DNA from: Nemertoderma westbladi
Lineage: Eukaryota > Animalia > Xenacoelomorpha
DNA: 32,647 bases
Reading direction: 5' to 3'
NCBI GenBank assembly: GCA_032718475.1
Contig: JAUCBJ010000890.1
Coordinates: 1 to 32,647, forward strand
Shown here: in pieces, positions 1 to 12,700 of the stretch
Position numbering within the stretch: the first letter of the stretch is position 1
Layout: the number at the start of each line of letters is the position of its first letter
Notes under the pieces: model-generated
The model's database searches: none
Told to the model about the DNA's origin: nothing
Seen by the model: the letters and a program-made list of their open reading frames with translations, nothing else
Program-made: the position numbers and the translations under genes

Positions 1-1924
1 ATATGTCTGTAGTAAATGGGCCACTCTTAAAAATTACTACAGTTTTCTATGGATGAAGTTCAAACCTACCGAAGTACAAAGACAACAGATATCCGCGAAA
101 AGTATCGCGAAAGGTATACAAGTAGAACATATATGATAATCACATATTAACAGGGCATGTTAACATTAACAGGCCAGGGCAGTTTTTGTTTCGGCACGAA
201 CGCTTTGAAGGGTCTAAGCGTCTAGGGTCTAGGCGCATATCTGCCTTGCATCCTTGAATGGTAGCTAAATGAGTATTGGAGTTTCCTCTGGGGAGTATAG
301 TTCTGGGGGGACCGCACTGGAAATAAGTCGTCAGACTTTATGTGTAATCCCTGGTCTCACGGCCGACGAAAATTTACTTTAGGCCCTTCTCTACTTTTCA
401 CAGTTTTAAGGACCGTGTGTCACGAAAAGTATACAAGTAGCACATATTTGGTAATCGCATAAAGCATTAAGAAATCAACCTGATTTTGATTTTATTGCCT
501 TATGTGTTTTCCGTGTAGCTGAATTCGTATATGACACGTTCGTTTCTGATTGATAGTGGTATTTTAAATATGTCCCATTGAGTGCCGAAAAATGCAAGTA
601 GCTCAGTAATATGACATTGTCCCCAACTTCTATTTCATTTGCTCATTTTCACGAAGCATTTAACAACGGATTATTCCCCAAAAATAAAACTGAAACGTCT
701 TTTCTATTTACTTCAGTTTATTGTTTTGGTTAGAATGACGCGCCAAAGTTAAACTGACCCTTTCACTAAATAGATATTTTAACATTTCGGTGATAATTTA
801 AATTGCCGATAGGGGTTGCGTTAAGTTTTCCCCTGTCTCACAAATACAAAAATATATGCGTGTAGCAAATGGGCCACTACAAATTTTATTTCTGAACTGA
901 AAATAAACATACGGAGCCCATACAGGAAATTAAATAGTCTTTTTTTTGCTAAGTCGTGCGAACGACTTACGATCTCTAATCTGATACAGTGTAATACAGG
1001 GCCAAATCGGCGCTGCCCGTGTCTGTATGTCACGTGCTTCTGTTTTTCTGGTTGTCTCGCTCACACCAATATCACAGCTATGACTCGGTGAATTTTTTTG
1101 AAATTTATTATGTATGTAGTAGAGAAAAGGTTTAGAAAGTTTAGTTGTAGATTTTGGCGCCCTGCAATTTCATGGGATGCCGTTAAGTGGCGCTAAATAT
1201 CTTATTTTCAAGGCTTAATAACTTATGAAGGACCTTTTTATTAAAAGATTTTAACGATAAATTATACATACTGTACATAATTCACGAAGTGGGGCCTTCG
1301 CGCTAGTGATACCGACCATACAAAGACATAGGGTGCATTCTAGTTCCTATGTGACAATTTTCAGCTAGAACAGATCATAAATGACTGAATAGGTCAAAAA
1401 ATTCACTTTCAGACATGTCGTCCTCTAGCGGCAGACTAAAGAACTGCAGATAGTCTTAAGTTAGCCATTATTGAGTTTCAACTGCAGTATTGTATATTGA
1501 ATTTAAAAACCCGCTATTGTTTTTTTTTTATTACTACAGTAGAAATGGCCAATCAAAACATAGTTAGTTAAGTGGTTCGCATGTCTTAGTGAGTCGTTCC
1601 AACGAGTTAGTTAAGTCGGTCGAACGACTTTAGTATAAATCTGTACAAGTCGGCCTACCTGAACGTTTTTCCTTCTGTGTTCTGTGTATGAGAATCCTCG
1701 TCCATCGTAAAATAATGTATAATTCTTTATTTAATATTCAGAAATAAAAGATAGAAATGATTTTCTATGTTTTAGGGTCATTTTATTTTATTTATTTATC
1801 AATATTAATATATACAGTATAATGATTATATACTTTTCCGAACGCCATTTCTTATAATTTGTTTTATTTATATTAATCCATGACTACTTAACAATTGGCA
1901 ACAAATTTATTTGTTTCGTTAATA
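1..1924. repeat. ~1.9-kb interspersed repeat, copy 1 (runs off the window start); non-coding, possibly Helentron/DINE-like composite
   Basis: Colinear with 9925-11853, with scattered substitutions and small indels. Contains a TGTC-type microsatellite-like tract (~1015-1060). No credible ORF. The family guess rests on general resemblance only. Confidence 0.9.
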
Positions 1925-2139
1925 AATTTCGTTTACACAATTGTACCCCCCCCCCCCCCCCCCACCCCGTCAGTGCTTTACTGCGTGGGTGGTTCTCTCC
2001 AGGTGCTCTCGTAATGTTGCCTAGCAATAATTTGATAAAGGTAAATAGTCTGACAGGGCGGGAAATTTAAAAATAGTTAATGCTACCTTGATTTGGATGT
2101 TTATTTATTGGCTGACCTACAGACAATATACATTTAGCT

Positions 2140-3650
2140 CAAGAGTGCTGCTGCCTGCAGTAGCGCGTACCGGTAGCCATCTGACACAGTTTAAGAATTT
2201 GCTCTATGTGGTCTCTCGCCGTTTCACGAACTTCGAAGAGATGAGCTTCATAAAGAGCTGAACTGCGTTGGTACAGGAGGAATACCCCCCACGTTGTAAA
2301 GAGAAGAGTCGTGGACATACCGAGCTCGACAAGGTGAACTTGAATCAGTAGGCTGTCCCTATCTAGGTTGAAAACCTCCACTCCGTATAATGCAGAAGGA
2401 ATGATCACAAGTTGGTAGAGGCACATCGCTGACGACAGTGAGACCATTTGCAGGTATACTTTGATGGATAGACTGATGGTGCCAGCAATGGCCTTTCTGT
2501 AGCGATGTTTTAGGTGTCCAGAATTCGAGTTAAATGCAGCATACCAAGGTAGTTGAAACTATAAACAAATTTGATTTGCTTATTGTTATATGTAAGCTTG
2601 TCAGCAACAGCCAATCAGCCACCACGGCGGAATTTCACAGCCTCTGCCTTTGCAATGTTGACAGACAGCGAGTTATTTCTACAGTATGATGACAGTCTAT
2701 TAAGTGCATCCTGTGTTTGCTCGATGGTATCAGTCACTATCACTAGATCGTCAGCATACATGAGCACTAGCACTCCCGTAAAAATCAACGCAGCGGGGTG
2801 ATCAGCGACGAAAAGTGCGAATAAATGAGGGGACATTTTGTCACCCTGAAGGACATCAATTGTCTGGGTAATAGGAGAAGTAACAAGTGAACCAATGACA
2901 ACCAAGATACAAATTTACACAAATAATAGTCCAAAGAGCTTTCAGGAACTTTGTACTGATAACAAGTTTGTGAAGTTTAATTATAAGCTTGACTCAGTTC
3001 ACTTTGTCAAACGCCTTTTCAAAGTCTACAAAGACACAATACTTGTGACCCTTTGGTTCACCCAAAGAATTTGAGATTTGCTGTACAGGATTTTTGTAGC
3101 TTTGATTTTTGACCTTCCTACTATGAACCCAAATTGTTCAGCTGGAAATATCAAATTACGCTCAGCCCACGAGTAGAGACGTGAATCTAGCATGGCTGTG
3201 TATGTTTTTAGAAGAAAAGCTCATTAGAGTGATACCGCGATATGAACCTGGTAGTCTTAGGCTACCCTTCCCATTATATAGGGGAATTAAATAACTAGTT
3301 GACCACTGAGTCGGAATGATAGCGTTGTTGAAACAGAACGACAACAAGGCGACTAGGAAGACATTAAATATTCCATACCCCTGTTTGAGACACTCGTTGG
3401 TTATGCCATCAGGGCCGCCAGCTGCCTTGCCATTGGCTGATTTCGAAATATTGCTGGTTATTTCAGTGGCCGAGATTTCAGCATCCATGTCCTCGACAAC
3501 AATGTCTTCAATGACTGGGAAGCTCGGTATTTTTTCACTCCCAAGCAGACCACCGAAATGCGATTTCCAATCTTCACTCGTAACCTGCTGTATCCGATCT
3601 GTGCTTGGTTTGCATTTGAGTATGACAGGTCCTCAGCAGGAGTTGATGTG
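2140..3650 (-). mobile_element. Decayed non-LTR retrotransposon (LINE) ORF2, reverse transcriptase region
   Basis: Minus-strand RT motifs in the expected order across frameshifts: KAAGGPDGITNECLK, LIPLYNGKG...SYRGITLMS, CVFVDFEKAFDKV (~3001-3040), VLQGDKMSPHLFALFV, LMYADDLVIV, LSVNIAK. Confidence 0.92.
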
Positions 3651-3729
3651 ATGTCAGGAAGCTTGAAATGCACAATGTACAATTAGATAGATAAAGAATA
3701 TATAGTACATCTAGCGTGGCTTGTAAAGC

Positions 3730-4680
3730 CAAGACCATAAAAATATATTTTAGTTTTTGTAAAATAAACCACCAGTTTTTGAGATTTTCTTAATTATGTG
3801 CAGTTTCCAGGAGAGATTGTTGTCAACGGAACTGCCTAAAAATTTGGTTGAGTTTTTGAACGTAATAGGGGAGTTATTTATCCGGATTTGGTGATCTGGG
3901 GGATTAAAACGTTTGTTAGAAATTATAGTAAATTCGGTTTTAGTTATATTTAGAGAAATTTTTTTATCAGACAGCCAATCAGGAGAGTGTTGAGTTCCAA
4001 GTTGACAAAGTTGATTAGTTGGTGTAAGTTAGTATATCAGCTGTGTATAAAGTGGTGTCATCAGCAAAGAGAGTTGTGAAAAGCTGAGTAGCGTTAGGGA
4101 GGTCGTTGATATAAAGAAGGAATAGTATCGGGGATAATGTGGCACCTTGAGGGACGCCGGTGTTGAGGGGATGATAAGAGGAAGTATTATTACCGATGGA
4201 AACGCATTGGGAGCGAGCTGTAAGATAGCTGGAGAATAGTTGAAGGGGAAGGCCGCGAATACCATAGCAAGATAGTGTTTTGAGAAGGATATCGTTGTTA
4301 ATAGTGTCAAATGCTTTTTTTAAATCAATATAAATTACACATGAAAATTTTTGGTCGTCTATGGATTGGTTTAGTTTTCAATGACAGATAACAGAGCATG
4401 GGTGGTGGATGTTTTAGGACGAAAACCATACTGACAGGATGATATGATAGAGAGTTTATGTAGGTATGATAGAAGCTGAGAGTTAATTATCTGTTCGATG
4501 TATCTGTTCAATGGGCAAGAGGGAAATAGGACGATAGTTGTTCAGGGAAGAAGCCGTGAGATATCGATAAAGTGAAAAGGTAACTAAGGATGATAGATAG
4601 AGTTTTCGCGGCCAGAGTGAGTAAGCTGGTTGGAAATGGGACATTGGAGGTAGTGTGAGGGTCTAGCTGTAGTAATTTGA
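3730..4680 (-). mobile_element. Second decayed LINE RT fragment (CR1/L2/Crack-group-like)
   Basis: Manual minus-strand translation gives NNYRPISLLP, QYGFRPKTSTTHAL, IYIDLKKAFDTINNDILL..L..YGIRG, SYLTARSQCV, GVPQG, LFLLYINDL, LFADDT and KFLG..VDNNLSWKLH. Frameshifted, so the ORF track misses it. Confidence 0.9.
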
Positions 4681-5639
4681 GTTCAACTTCAACTGGGAAG
4701 GTTTCAATTAACCCCTACATATGATAATTTACCTGTCAATTATATTGAGCCATACTAGCACTTTTGGAGCTACGGCTCAAACATTATAATGAATATAGTG
4801 TCCTGTCTATAATGAATTTAATAAACAGGAATTTGAATTGAGTTGAACTTATTGAAAGGTCAATAATTATGTACCGCCTTCTGTTCATTAACTCTTAGAG
4901 AACATAATAATGGTCATATTGATATACATTATTGCTGTATATACATTATTTTGAGTGAAACTTGAACGAAGGGGTGCACAGTTGAACACGTTCGTGGGGC
5001 GCAAGCACCACCGGCAGTTATATATGTTTGTACCAATTATTGTTATCCTAAGTTGTACACTCACTATATAATTGTGCTTGTATCTAGTATCTTCTTCATC
5101 TTCTTGTACTGTACCTTATTTGTCTGTTGGTTGGTTAATTTGACTTGAGTTAATGTGGAAAATAATTAATATGAATCTGAATCGGACAGAATTAAACTAA
5201 ATTAAATTAAAATTATTATATAATAATATCGTGATCAAACAATGACCTCAGCACTGTGATAAAATAAATAGCATGGATAGCATAGTTGTACGAATTAATA
5301 AACCCCGAAGTCTATGAGGCTTGTACTGCACTGTTTTCGATCGTGGTATTGTTGTACAGCACAACAGATGCAACTCATTAGCGTTGTTGCAAATAACCTC
5401 ATATACTACTGCATACCAACAAAGTTTGAAGATATTTAACAAATCAATAGGAATTATTTAAAAGAATATACATAAGAGTCCTTTATCCTGAACGTAATGG
5501 GTAGATGTAATGTAATAAACATGAATTTCAACCAACAAAGTAACTCAGCATCCACCGGCAGCTACTATCCTCCTCTCGAGAAATAATAAACAGCGGCAGA
5601 TCATAATTAATGGCGTATACGGAACAGAGACTCAAAAAG

Positions 5640-5840
5640 GGCGTAAACGCTACGCCGACAACCGACAGCCGACAACCACTGCCGACAACAGCAAATATGA
5701 AAATGTAACCTGAGTTTGTCACGTCACTCTCGTGTATTGTATTGGTTAGAAAAACATTCCACTGTAACCTGTTCCTTTCCCTCAATTCACAATTAACATT
5801 AAGTAGCTTTAATAATGGTTGTTGGCGTAGCGTTTACACC
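5640..5840. mobile_element. 201-bp MITE with 24-bp TIRs
   Basis: GGCGTAAACGCTACGCCGACAACC (5640-5663) is the inverted match of GGTTGTTGGCGTAGCGTTTACACC (5817-5840) with 2 mismatches. Both sides are flanked by AAAG. Internal GCCGACAAC subterminal repeats. Confidence 0.75.
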
Positions 5841-6079
5841 AAAGCAAAAGCATATTTCTAAGAATTATGAATTTCACTGTTGATTCCCACACAAGTTGAA
5901 TCCATTGCGGCTGAAATTAAATGTACTAAAGGTCTGCCTTTTTTCTGTACATTTTTGTGCAGTAGGGGCATAGTGATAGCTGGTTAGGAACCAGGCTATC
6001 CCCAATTGCATAAGCCTACAATGATCACGACTATGTGTTGTGATCTACTTTTGTATAGAGCCTACTCTCAAAGGCATTG

Positions 6080-6640
6080 AGGCCATCAAAAATTTAGAGA
6101 CTGGTATTTTACACGTAGATCGTTTGAGAGGGGGCACACACACAAAACGTGCAAATCATCTTGAACAGGGTTATTGTCACAGACAAACGTTCGGTTCAAT
6201 CTTGGTATTCTGGACCACAGGCCAGTTTCTTTCTGTTCGCAGTCTATGAATCACTCATTAATCTGATCCATGTAAAAGCTACGCATTGGTAATCCGGAAT
6301 ATACAGTTTGGAATATTTGTATATTTATTTGGGTGTAATGATAAGTTGTCGTTTATAACGGAGCGCGCGGCAAGTAAAACACATTGTCGTGGATTCTGGT
6401 TTATTTCAAACACGGGATTTATTATACTGGCAGAAGAGAAATGGGAAGCGGCACAGAGTTTTGTGATTTGCAGAGTTGAAACGCCTGTCTAATGGGTATT
6501 TCAGGATCGCTGTGAAGCAATTTCAATGAAAATTGCATTCTATATTTAACTATAAGTTGTTTAATATAATTAATATACCCAATTCAATCAGACAGTATCA
6601 GTTGGATTTGATAGCGAACACTTGCTAATTTCTTGACCAT
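6080..6640 (-). mobile_element. 3' end of a LINE ORF2 (C-terminal Cys/His domain), decayed
   Basis: Minus-strand translation across frameshifts: YIPDYQCVAFTWIRL..HRLRTEETGLWSRIPRLNRTFVC...VQDDLHVLC. This fits the RLSSHxLxIETGRW...C..C...DExH..C pattern at LINE ORF2 C-termini. Confidence 0.65.
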
Positions 6641-6659
6641 GTGTGTACAATTTTTCGAT

Positions 6660-7939
6660 AATGTTAAAGTCCTTTGTCTGTCAGGAAGGATTCTGAAGCA
6701 CTCAGAAACTGATTAAGTCTCATTACAGATCTATAGACAGGCCGTGATGACATACTCCACAACTCTTCAAGCGATTCATGGGCTCCAGCTAACAATAGTA
6801 GCCCAATAAAAGCCTTGATCAATATAAAATCAACCATTGTCCAAACTTTTGGTATTCGATCTGGGTGACCATCATTCCAATAAGTTATGTCTTCTACAGC
6901 TCGAACGGTTGGTTTCCCGGACAACTATGGAAAGAATTTCGTCATTGATGAAGAGCTCAAAGCTTTCCTTTATTGACTGAACTGTCTTTGCTTCCCCCCT
7001 AACACCAGATTGTTCTTTGATCACATTAGAACTGATTGTTCTCGAACTGTTAGTTTGGTTGGACTGTAAACTCCATTTACGACCACTTTTACAATCTATA
7101 GATATTTCACTCTGGCCACCACTAGTTCCACATCTACTTCTAGTACTATTATCGACCCTACTTCTCTTGTGAGCACGTCAGCTTTCAAAAGTGGAATTCC
7201 CTTCATCGATTTCGGAATCTGTGGCTGGTTCAGTATCATCATCCGATTCTCCCAAAATCAAAGACACCAAATTCTCAACATGTTATAATCCCCATCACTC
7301 ACAGTATCAGCTGCCTCAGTTATCACACCTGCATACACATACAGATACAGATATAGATAGATATATATATATATATCATATATAGATAGATACAGATACA
7401 GATATATCCATATAGTCACTATCGGAAAACGGTTCATCATCACTAAGGAGATCATATAGTGGTTCTACATCTTCAATATCACTATCCATTATGGAACACT
7501 ACACAACTATTGATCTTCACATATAATACTCAACTACAGTAATAACAAAACGGACAGATAGAGAAACATACAGACAGCTAGTGACAGACAGACAGACAGT
7601 GCCAATTTGGAAAATACTACAAATGAATGCATTTGGCTTCTTGGCTCCCCATGCAACTTTAAGGGCTAGTTACTGCTGTACAGGTAATGACTAACAGTTA
7701 CTGGTATTCGATTTTATCAGTGGGGTCATTATTGACCCCAGGTGGTCACAGCGAGTGTTGCTCAGAAAGAGGTTTGAATTTTTATATCAAATAGCTAAAC
7801 AAAACAATTGTATTTCATAGAATTACATGTGCTAGGAAGGTACTGCCAAGTTCAGAACCCCACATACAACTATTGAAGAACAATTAGAGATTTAGTTCAC
7901 TGGGGTTGTTTTCGACCCCAGTGTACATAGGAAGGTTAA
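6660..7939 (-). mobile_element. piggyBac transposon remnant (one terminus plus the N-terminal part of the transposase)
   Basis: TTAA at 7936-7939 followed on the minus strand by CCTTCCTATGTACACTGGGGTCG. Two GGGGT...ACCCC subterminal palindromes (~7720-7740, ~7900-7920). Acidic N-terminus MDSDIEDVEPLYDLLSDDEPFSDSD from the ATG at 7489. Also IKAFIGLLLLAGAH.ESLEELWS...RPVYRSVMRLNQF, typical of PGBD transposases. Truncated; other end not found. Confidence 0.8.
7335..7412. repeat. Compound microsatellite (ACAGAT/AT/AGAT) inside the piggyBac ORF
   Basis: Directly visible simple repeats interrupting the acidic N-terminal coding region. Confidence 0.85.
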
Positions 7940-7959
7940 GTATAAACCAATATATTACC

Positions 7960-8365
7960 GATTAATAAGGGGCACACACATTTATGAGACGGACAAACAT
8001 TAATGAGGGGCACCCATTAATTTAGGGCACATACATTAACATATGGACACAGACATAATCAGGAATGCAAATATTAATATTGGGCACAAATATTTATAAG
8101 GGGAACAAACATTAATAGGGGACAAAAACATTAACCATGGACACTAAAATTAAATTGGGATACAACCATTAATTGAGGGACACACATAACCATTTTCACA
8201 AACATTAATCAAGGTCACAGGCACTAATGTGGGACACAAACATTAATGAGAGATAGACATACATTTATCAGACGCACAAACATTAATAGGGGACAAAAAC
8301 ATTAATCATGGACACTAAAATTAATTTGGGACACAAACAATAATGAGGGATACACATTAATCAGG
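7960..8365. repeat. Degenerate minisatellite, ~19-21-bp unit (consensus near GGGACACAAACATTAAT)
   Basis: Roughly 20 diverged units. A higher-order duplication is visible (ACAAACATTAATAGGGGACAAAAACATTAA at ~8105 and ~8276). Confidence 0.85.
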
Positions 8366-8869
8366 GGTGTCGTCGCTTTTGGCAACAGTCGCGATTCGAC
8401 AGAAAAAGTAGCGTTTCGGCAAAAGGTTGCAATTCGGCAAAATCATTTCTTTATTGCATGAGATGAGAATACACTGTACGTATATACTATCAACAATACA
8501 AGTAAAAGTGAAACAAGCAAAACATACTCAAACGTAACACTAACTCAATCGTTGTGCTGTTTGTATATTTGTGAATCTCTTCTAGTTGTGTTTTGTGTTA
8601 TATTAAAAAAAATGGAATATATTACTTTTAAAACACAAATTCACTGTTAATACCTGCCTTTCATCAATCTTCTGTGCGCCTGTGCAGATTAATAGGGAGG
8701 TTGAAGGGTGGGGGGGGGGGGGGGGGGGGGGGGGGTTTATTCACCATTCTTTGATTTATTGGTGTTTTGTTAAACTTATTAAATACCGAGTTTTTGTGAT
8801 ACAGTAGAATCGCTCAATATTAATCTGTATCTCATAACTGAGCCTCGTGTGCGCGAAGGCCCCATGAAC

Positions 8870-9260
8870 TTATGTATTACTTACGTATTACAGTATGTGA
8901 GACAACAATTATCTCGAATATTGGAGTTTTACAGGAGGGTGGACCAAATAGTTGTCGCATGTTTACAATCTATGTCGATCCCTTAATTTCTGGCATAAAG
9001 GAGATGGGTCAAGGAGATAAATTGGTTAAAGTATTTGATTGTATTTCTTTAATTTAACGACACTATCATTCTACAGTAGCTACCAACAGACATGAAATGA
9101 ATCGTAAACTCAATGTTTTTGTGGTTGAAGCTAAGAAATTAAACATGGAACTAGGCGAAAAGATATCATTATTTATGGCAGATTAACACAAGTGACATTT
9201 AACCTTTCATTATTGACTACATGACTATTCCACCAACTGATTCATATATCTGATCTATTA
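8870..9260 (+). mobile_element. Small decayed LINE RT fragment
   Basis: SNIGVLQEGGPNSCRMFTIYVDPLI resembles GVxQGxxxSxxLFxxYxD. It is followed by a degenerate DDT-region (DTIIL) and RHEMNRKL. Confidence 0.6.
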
Positions 9261-9269
9261 TCGCACTAC

Positions 9270-9596
9270 TAAATCGCACCCAGGATCCAAGTTTGCATCT
9301 AAGATCTAAACTCGCACCTGTAGATCGCACACAGGATCTAAGTTCGCGTCTAGGATCAAACGATCAAGATCATTTTTTCCCACTGCCTGGTTCCCACCCG
9401 AGATCTAAGTTCCACATAGAGTCGAATATTATTGGCTTTAAAAACTCGTTTCAGGTCGTTTTAGCTCTTTTTCCCTTTTAGGAAGTACCAGATATTATGA
9501 TCACCATACGGGCCTGATTGGCTTTAAAAGCTCGTTTCCGCTCGTTTCAGCTCGTTTCAGGTGATTTCAGCTCTTTTACCCTTTTAGGAAGTACCT
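9270..9596. repeat. Cluster of short degenerate repeats, probably a transposon subterminal region
   Basis: GATCTAAG/TCGCAC-type units at 9270-9420 and CTCGTTTCAG 10-mers. A block from ATTGGCTTTAAAA to CTTTTAGGAAGTACC occurs twice (~9431-9489, ~9517-9595). Confidence 0.55.
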
Positions 9597-9924
9597 ATCT
9601 TACTAGCCTCCGCAACCACCACTAATTTATTTATTTATCTATTTTTGTTTTATTTATATTAGTGAAATACACATAAACTATATGAATTGTATAAAGTATT
9701 GGGTTAATTACCAATTTGGTACAGCTATTTATATATATATGTCTATTCCTCGCAGCTTTTAGGCCACTGGCCCTTTCATAGGCCATTGTGGAATAACTTT
9801 GGTATGTATACGAAATAGTTATACATATATATAGTTGAAAAAGTTTAGCGTCATCTAGCGGGTAACTATGAAATTTCCTATGTTAAATACATAATATATA
9901 TACTTTTTGAATGCGCAATTAGCC

Positions 9925-11853
9925 ATATGTCTGTAGTAAATGGGCCCTTCTTAAAAATTACTACAGTTTTCTATGGATGAAGTTCAAACCTACCGAAGTA
10001 CAAAGACAACAGATATCCGCGAAAAGTATCGCGAAAGGTATACAAGTAGAACATATATGATAATCACATATTAACAGGGCATGTTAACATTAACAGGCCA
10101 GGGCAGTTTTTGTTTCGGCACAAACACTTTGAAGGGTCTAAGCGTCTAGGGTCTAGGCGCATATCTGCCTTGCATCCTTGAATGGTAGCTAAATGTGTAT
10201 TGGAGTTTCCTCTGGGGAGTATAGTTCTGGGGGGACCGCACTGGAAATAAGTCGTCAGACTTCGTGTGTAATCCCTGGTCTCACGGCCGACGAAAATTTA
10301 CTTTAGGCCCTACTTTACCTTTCACAGTAAGGACCGTGTGTCACGAAAAGTATACAAGTAGCACATATTTGGTAATCGCATAAAGCATTAAGAAATCAAC
10401 CTGATTTTTATTTTATTCCCTTATGGGTTTTCCGTTTTGCTGAATTCGTATATGACACGTTCGTTTCTGATTGATTGTGGTATTTTAAATATGTCCCATT
10501 GAGTGACGAAAAATGCAAGTAGCTCAGTAATATGACATTGTCTCCAAATTCTATTTCATTTGCTCATTTTCACGAAGCATTTAACAACGGATTATTCCCC
10601 AAAAATAAAACTGAAACGTCTTTTCTATTTACTTCAGTTTATTGTTTTGGTTAGAATGACGCGCCAAAGTAAAACTGACCCTTTCACTAAATAGATACTT
10701 TAACATTTCGGTGAAAATTTAAATTGCCAATAGGGCTTGCGTTAAGTTTTCCCCTGTCTCACAAATACAAAAATATATGCGTGTAGCAAATTGGCCGCTA
10801 CAAATTTTATTTCTGAACTGAAAATAAACATACGGAGCCCATACATGGACATTAAATAGTCTTTTTTTTTGCTAAGTCGTGCGAACGACTTACGATCTCT
10901 AATCTGATACAGTGTAATACAGGGCCAAATCGGCGCTGCCCATGTCTGTCTGTCACGTGCTTCTGTTTTTCTGTCTGTCTGGCTCACACCAATATCCCAG
11001 CTATGACTCGGTAAATTTTTTTGAAATTTGTTATGTATGTAGTAGAGAAAAGGTTTAGAAAGTATAGTTGTAGATTTTGGCGCCCTGCAATTTCATGGGA
11101 TGCCGTTAAGTGGCGCTAAATATCTTATTTCCAAGGCTTAATAACTTATGAAGGACCTTTTTATTAAAAGATTTTAACGATAAAAAAATTAATCATACAT
11201 ACTGTGTATAATTCACGAAGTGGGGCCTTCGCGCTAGTGATACCGACAATACAAAGACACAGGGTGCATTCTAGTTCCTATCTGACAATTTTCAGCTTGA
11301 ATTGATCATAATTGACTGAATAGGTCAAAAAATTCACTTTCCGACATTTCGTCCTCTAGCGGCAGACTAAAGAACTGCAGATTGTCTTGAGTTAGCCATT
11401 ATTGAGTTTCAACTGCAGCAGTATTGTATATTGAATTTAAAAACCCGCTATTGTTTTTTTTATTACTACAGTAGAAATGGCCAATCAAAACATAGTTAGT
11501 TAAGTGGTTCGCATGTCTTACTCTTGAGTCGTTCCAACGAGTTAGTTAAGTCGGTCGAACGACTTTAGTATAAATCTGTATAAGTCGGCCTACCTGAACG
11601 TTTTTCCTTCTGTGTTCTGTGTATGAGAATCCTCGTCCATCGTAAAATAATGTATATTCTTTATTTAATATTCAGAAATAAAAGATAGAAATGATTTTCT
11701 ATGTTTTAGGCCCATTTTATTTTATTTATTTATCAATATTAATATATATAATGATTATATACTTATCCGAACGCCATTTCTTATAATTAGTTTTATTTAT
11801 ATTAATCCATTACTACTTAACAATTGGCAACAAATTTATTTGTTTCGTTAATA
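9925..11853. repeat. ~1.9-kb interspersed repeat, copy 2
   Basis: Direct repeat of 1-1924. The true left end may lie further upstream (~9830), which cannot be compared because copy 1 is cut by the window edge. Confidence 0.9.
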
Positions 11854-11959
11854 TATGTTGTACGAACTCCACTCTTAGGGTCGTCGCCATGATTGGATTG
11901 ATTGGCACTCGAGCGGTGTGCGAGCCTACAGCGCTAATAAAAACCCTCAAATAAGCAGA

Positions 11960-12700
11960 CCATCAACCAGTTACTACATAAAGACCGAAACTCGTTTCCT
12001 TCGTACCGGAACCTGCGGTAAATGAGCATTGGGTTGATCTGGTAGTCCCCGCTGTCAAAGTCAACATCTTCGTTTATCCCCAACCAGAATGTCTGGAGGA
12101 TCTATGTGAATTCATCTTCTCTCAGCTGCGACACCAATCGATATACGAATGAATCTCTCTGAATATCAGTTCGTTATAACAAACTCTGACATTTGAGAGC
12201 GCGATATAGAGTATATTAAACTACCTGAGGAAATAATGGCATCCTGAACAAAGGGTTGAATTGGTAAATCCCAATCGACAGGACGCATAAAGAATGCCAA
12301 TTAGTGTCACATCCACAAAGACGCTCTATGAGGCCCAGGTACAGAGACTAAATAAGATATACTAGATCCAACAGGAAACAATGTTTGGTGATACGGTTCC
12401 AAGCAAGGAAGTAAAAATAACTGTCCCGCAATGATACACCGAACTTATGCGGCAATGTTGAATGTCAAACTGCTCGCATGGGGTAACTATTTCCCACAAT
12501 GCGGAAAAGGTGACCAATACTGCCTTCTGGAGTCAAGCAAACCGACCATAATTGACAACCCACAAAGATGATTCCGCCTGAATGTACATGGTGTGTGGTG
12601 CAAGGTATGGGGACACAGCAACCATGCCTGTCCGAAATATGCTTGTCTCCTGTCCGAAATGTTTGTTGCATGGGCATCACCTAAAAGCCATTGCCGATGT
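11960..12700 (+). pseudogene. Possible decayed retroelement gag with two CCHC zinc knuckles
   Basis: With one small frameshift each, 12582-12697 reads CTWCKVWGHSNHAC and CPKCLLHGHHL-SHC (CX2CX4HX4C-like). The upstream sequence is coding-like but has many stops. Confidence 0.45.

Noticed and set aside
821-1033. Duplicated short ORF (also 10742-10987) as a conserved gene
   Set aside because: The two copies differ by frameshifting indels; the similarity just reflects the DNA repeat.
4888-4925. Second piggyBac terminus (TTAACTCTTAGAG...)
   Set aside because: Similarity to the terminus at 7939 is too weak to call a TIR pair.
8708-8735. Poly-G run (and poly-C at ~1946-1963) as a functional G-quadruplex element
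   Set aside because: Simple homopolymers with no supporting context; their lengths may also be sequencing artefacts.
1-11853. 1.9-kb direct repeats as the LTR pair of one retrotransposon
   Set aside because: No CA end, PBS or PPT is evident, and the interior is unrelated LINE, piggyBac and MITE debris with no gag-pol.
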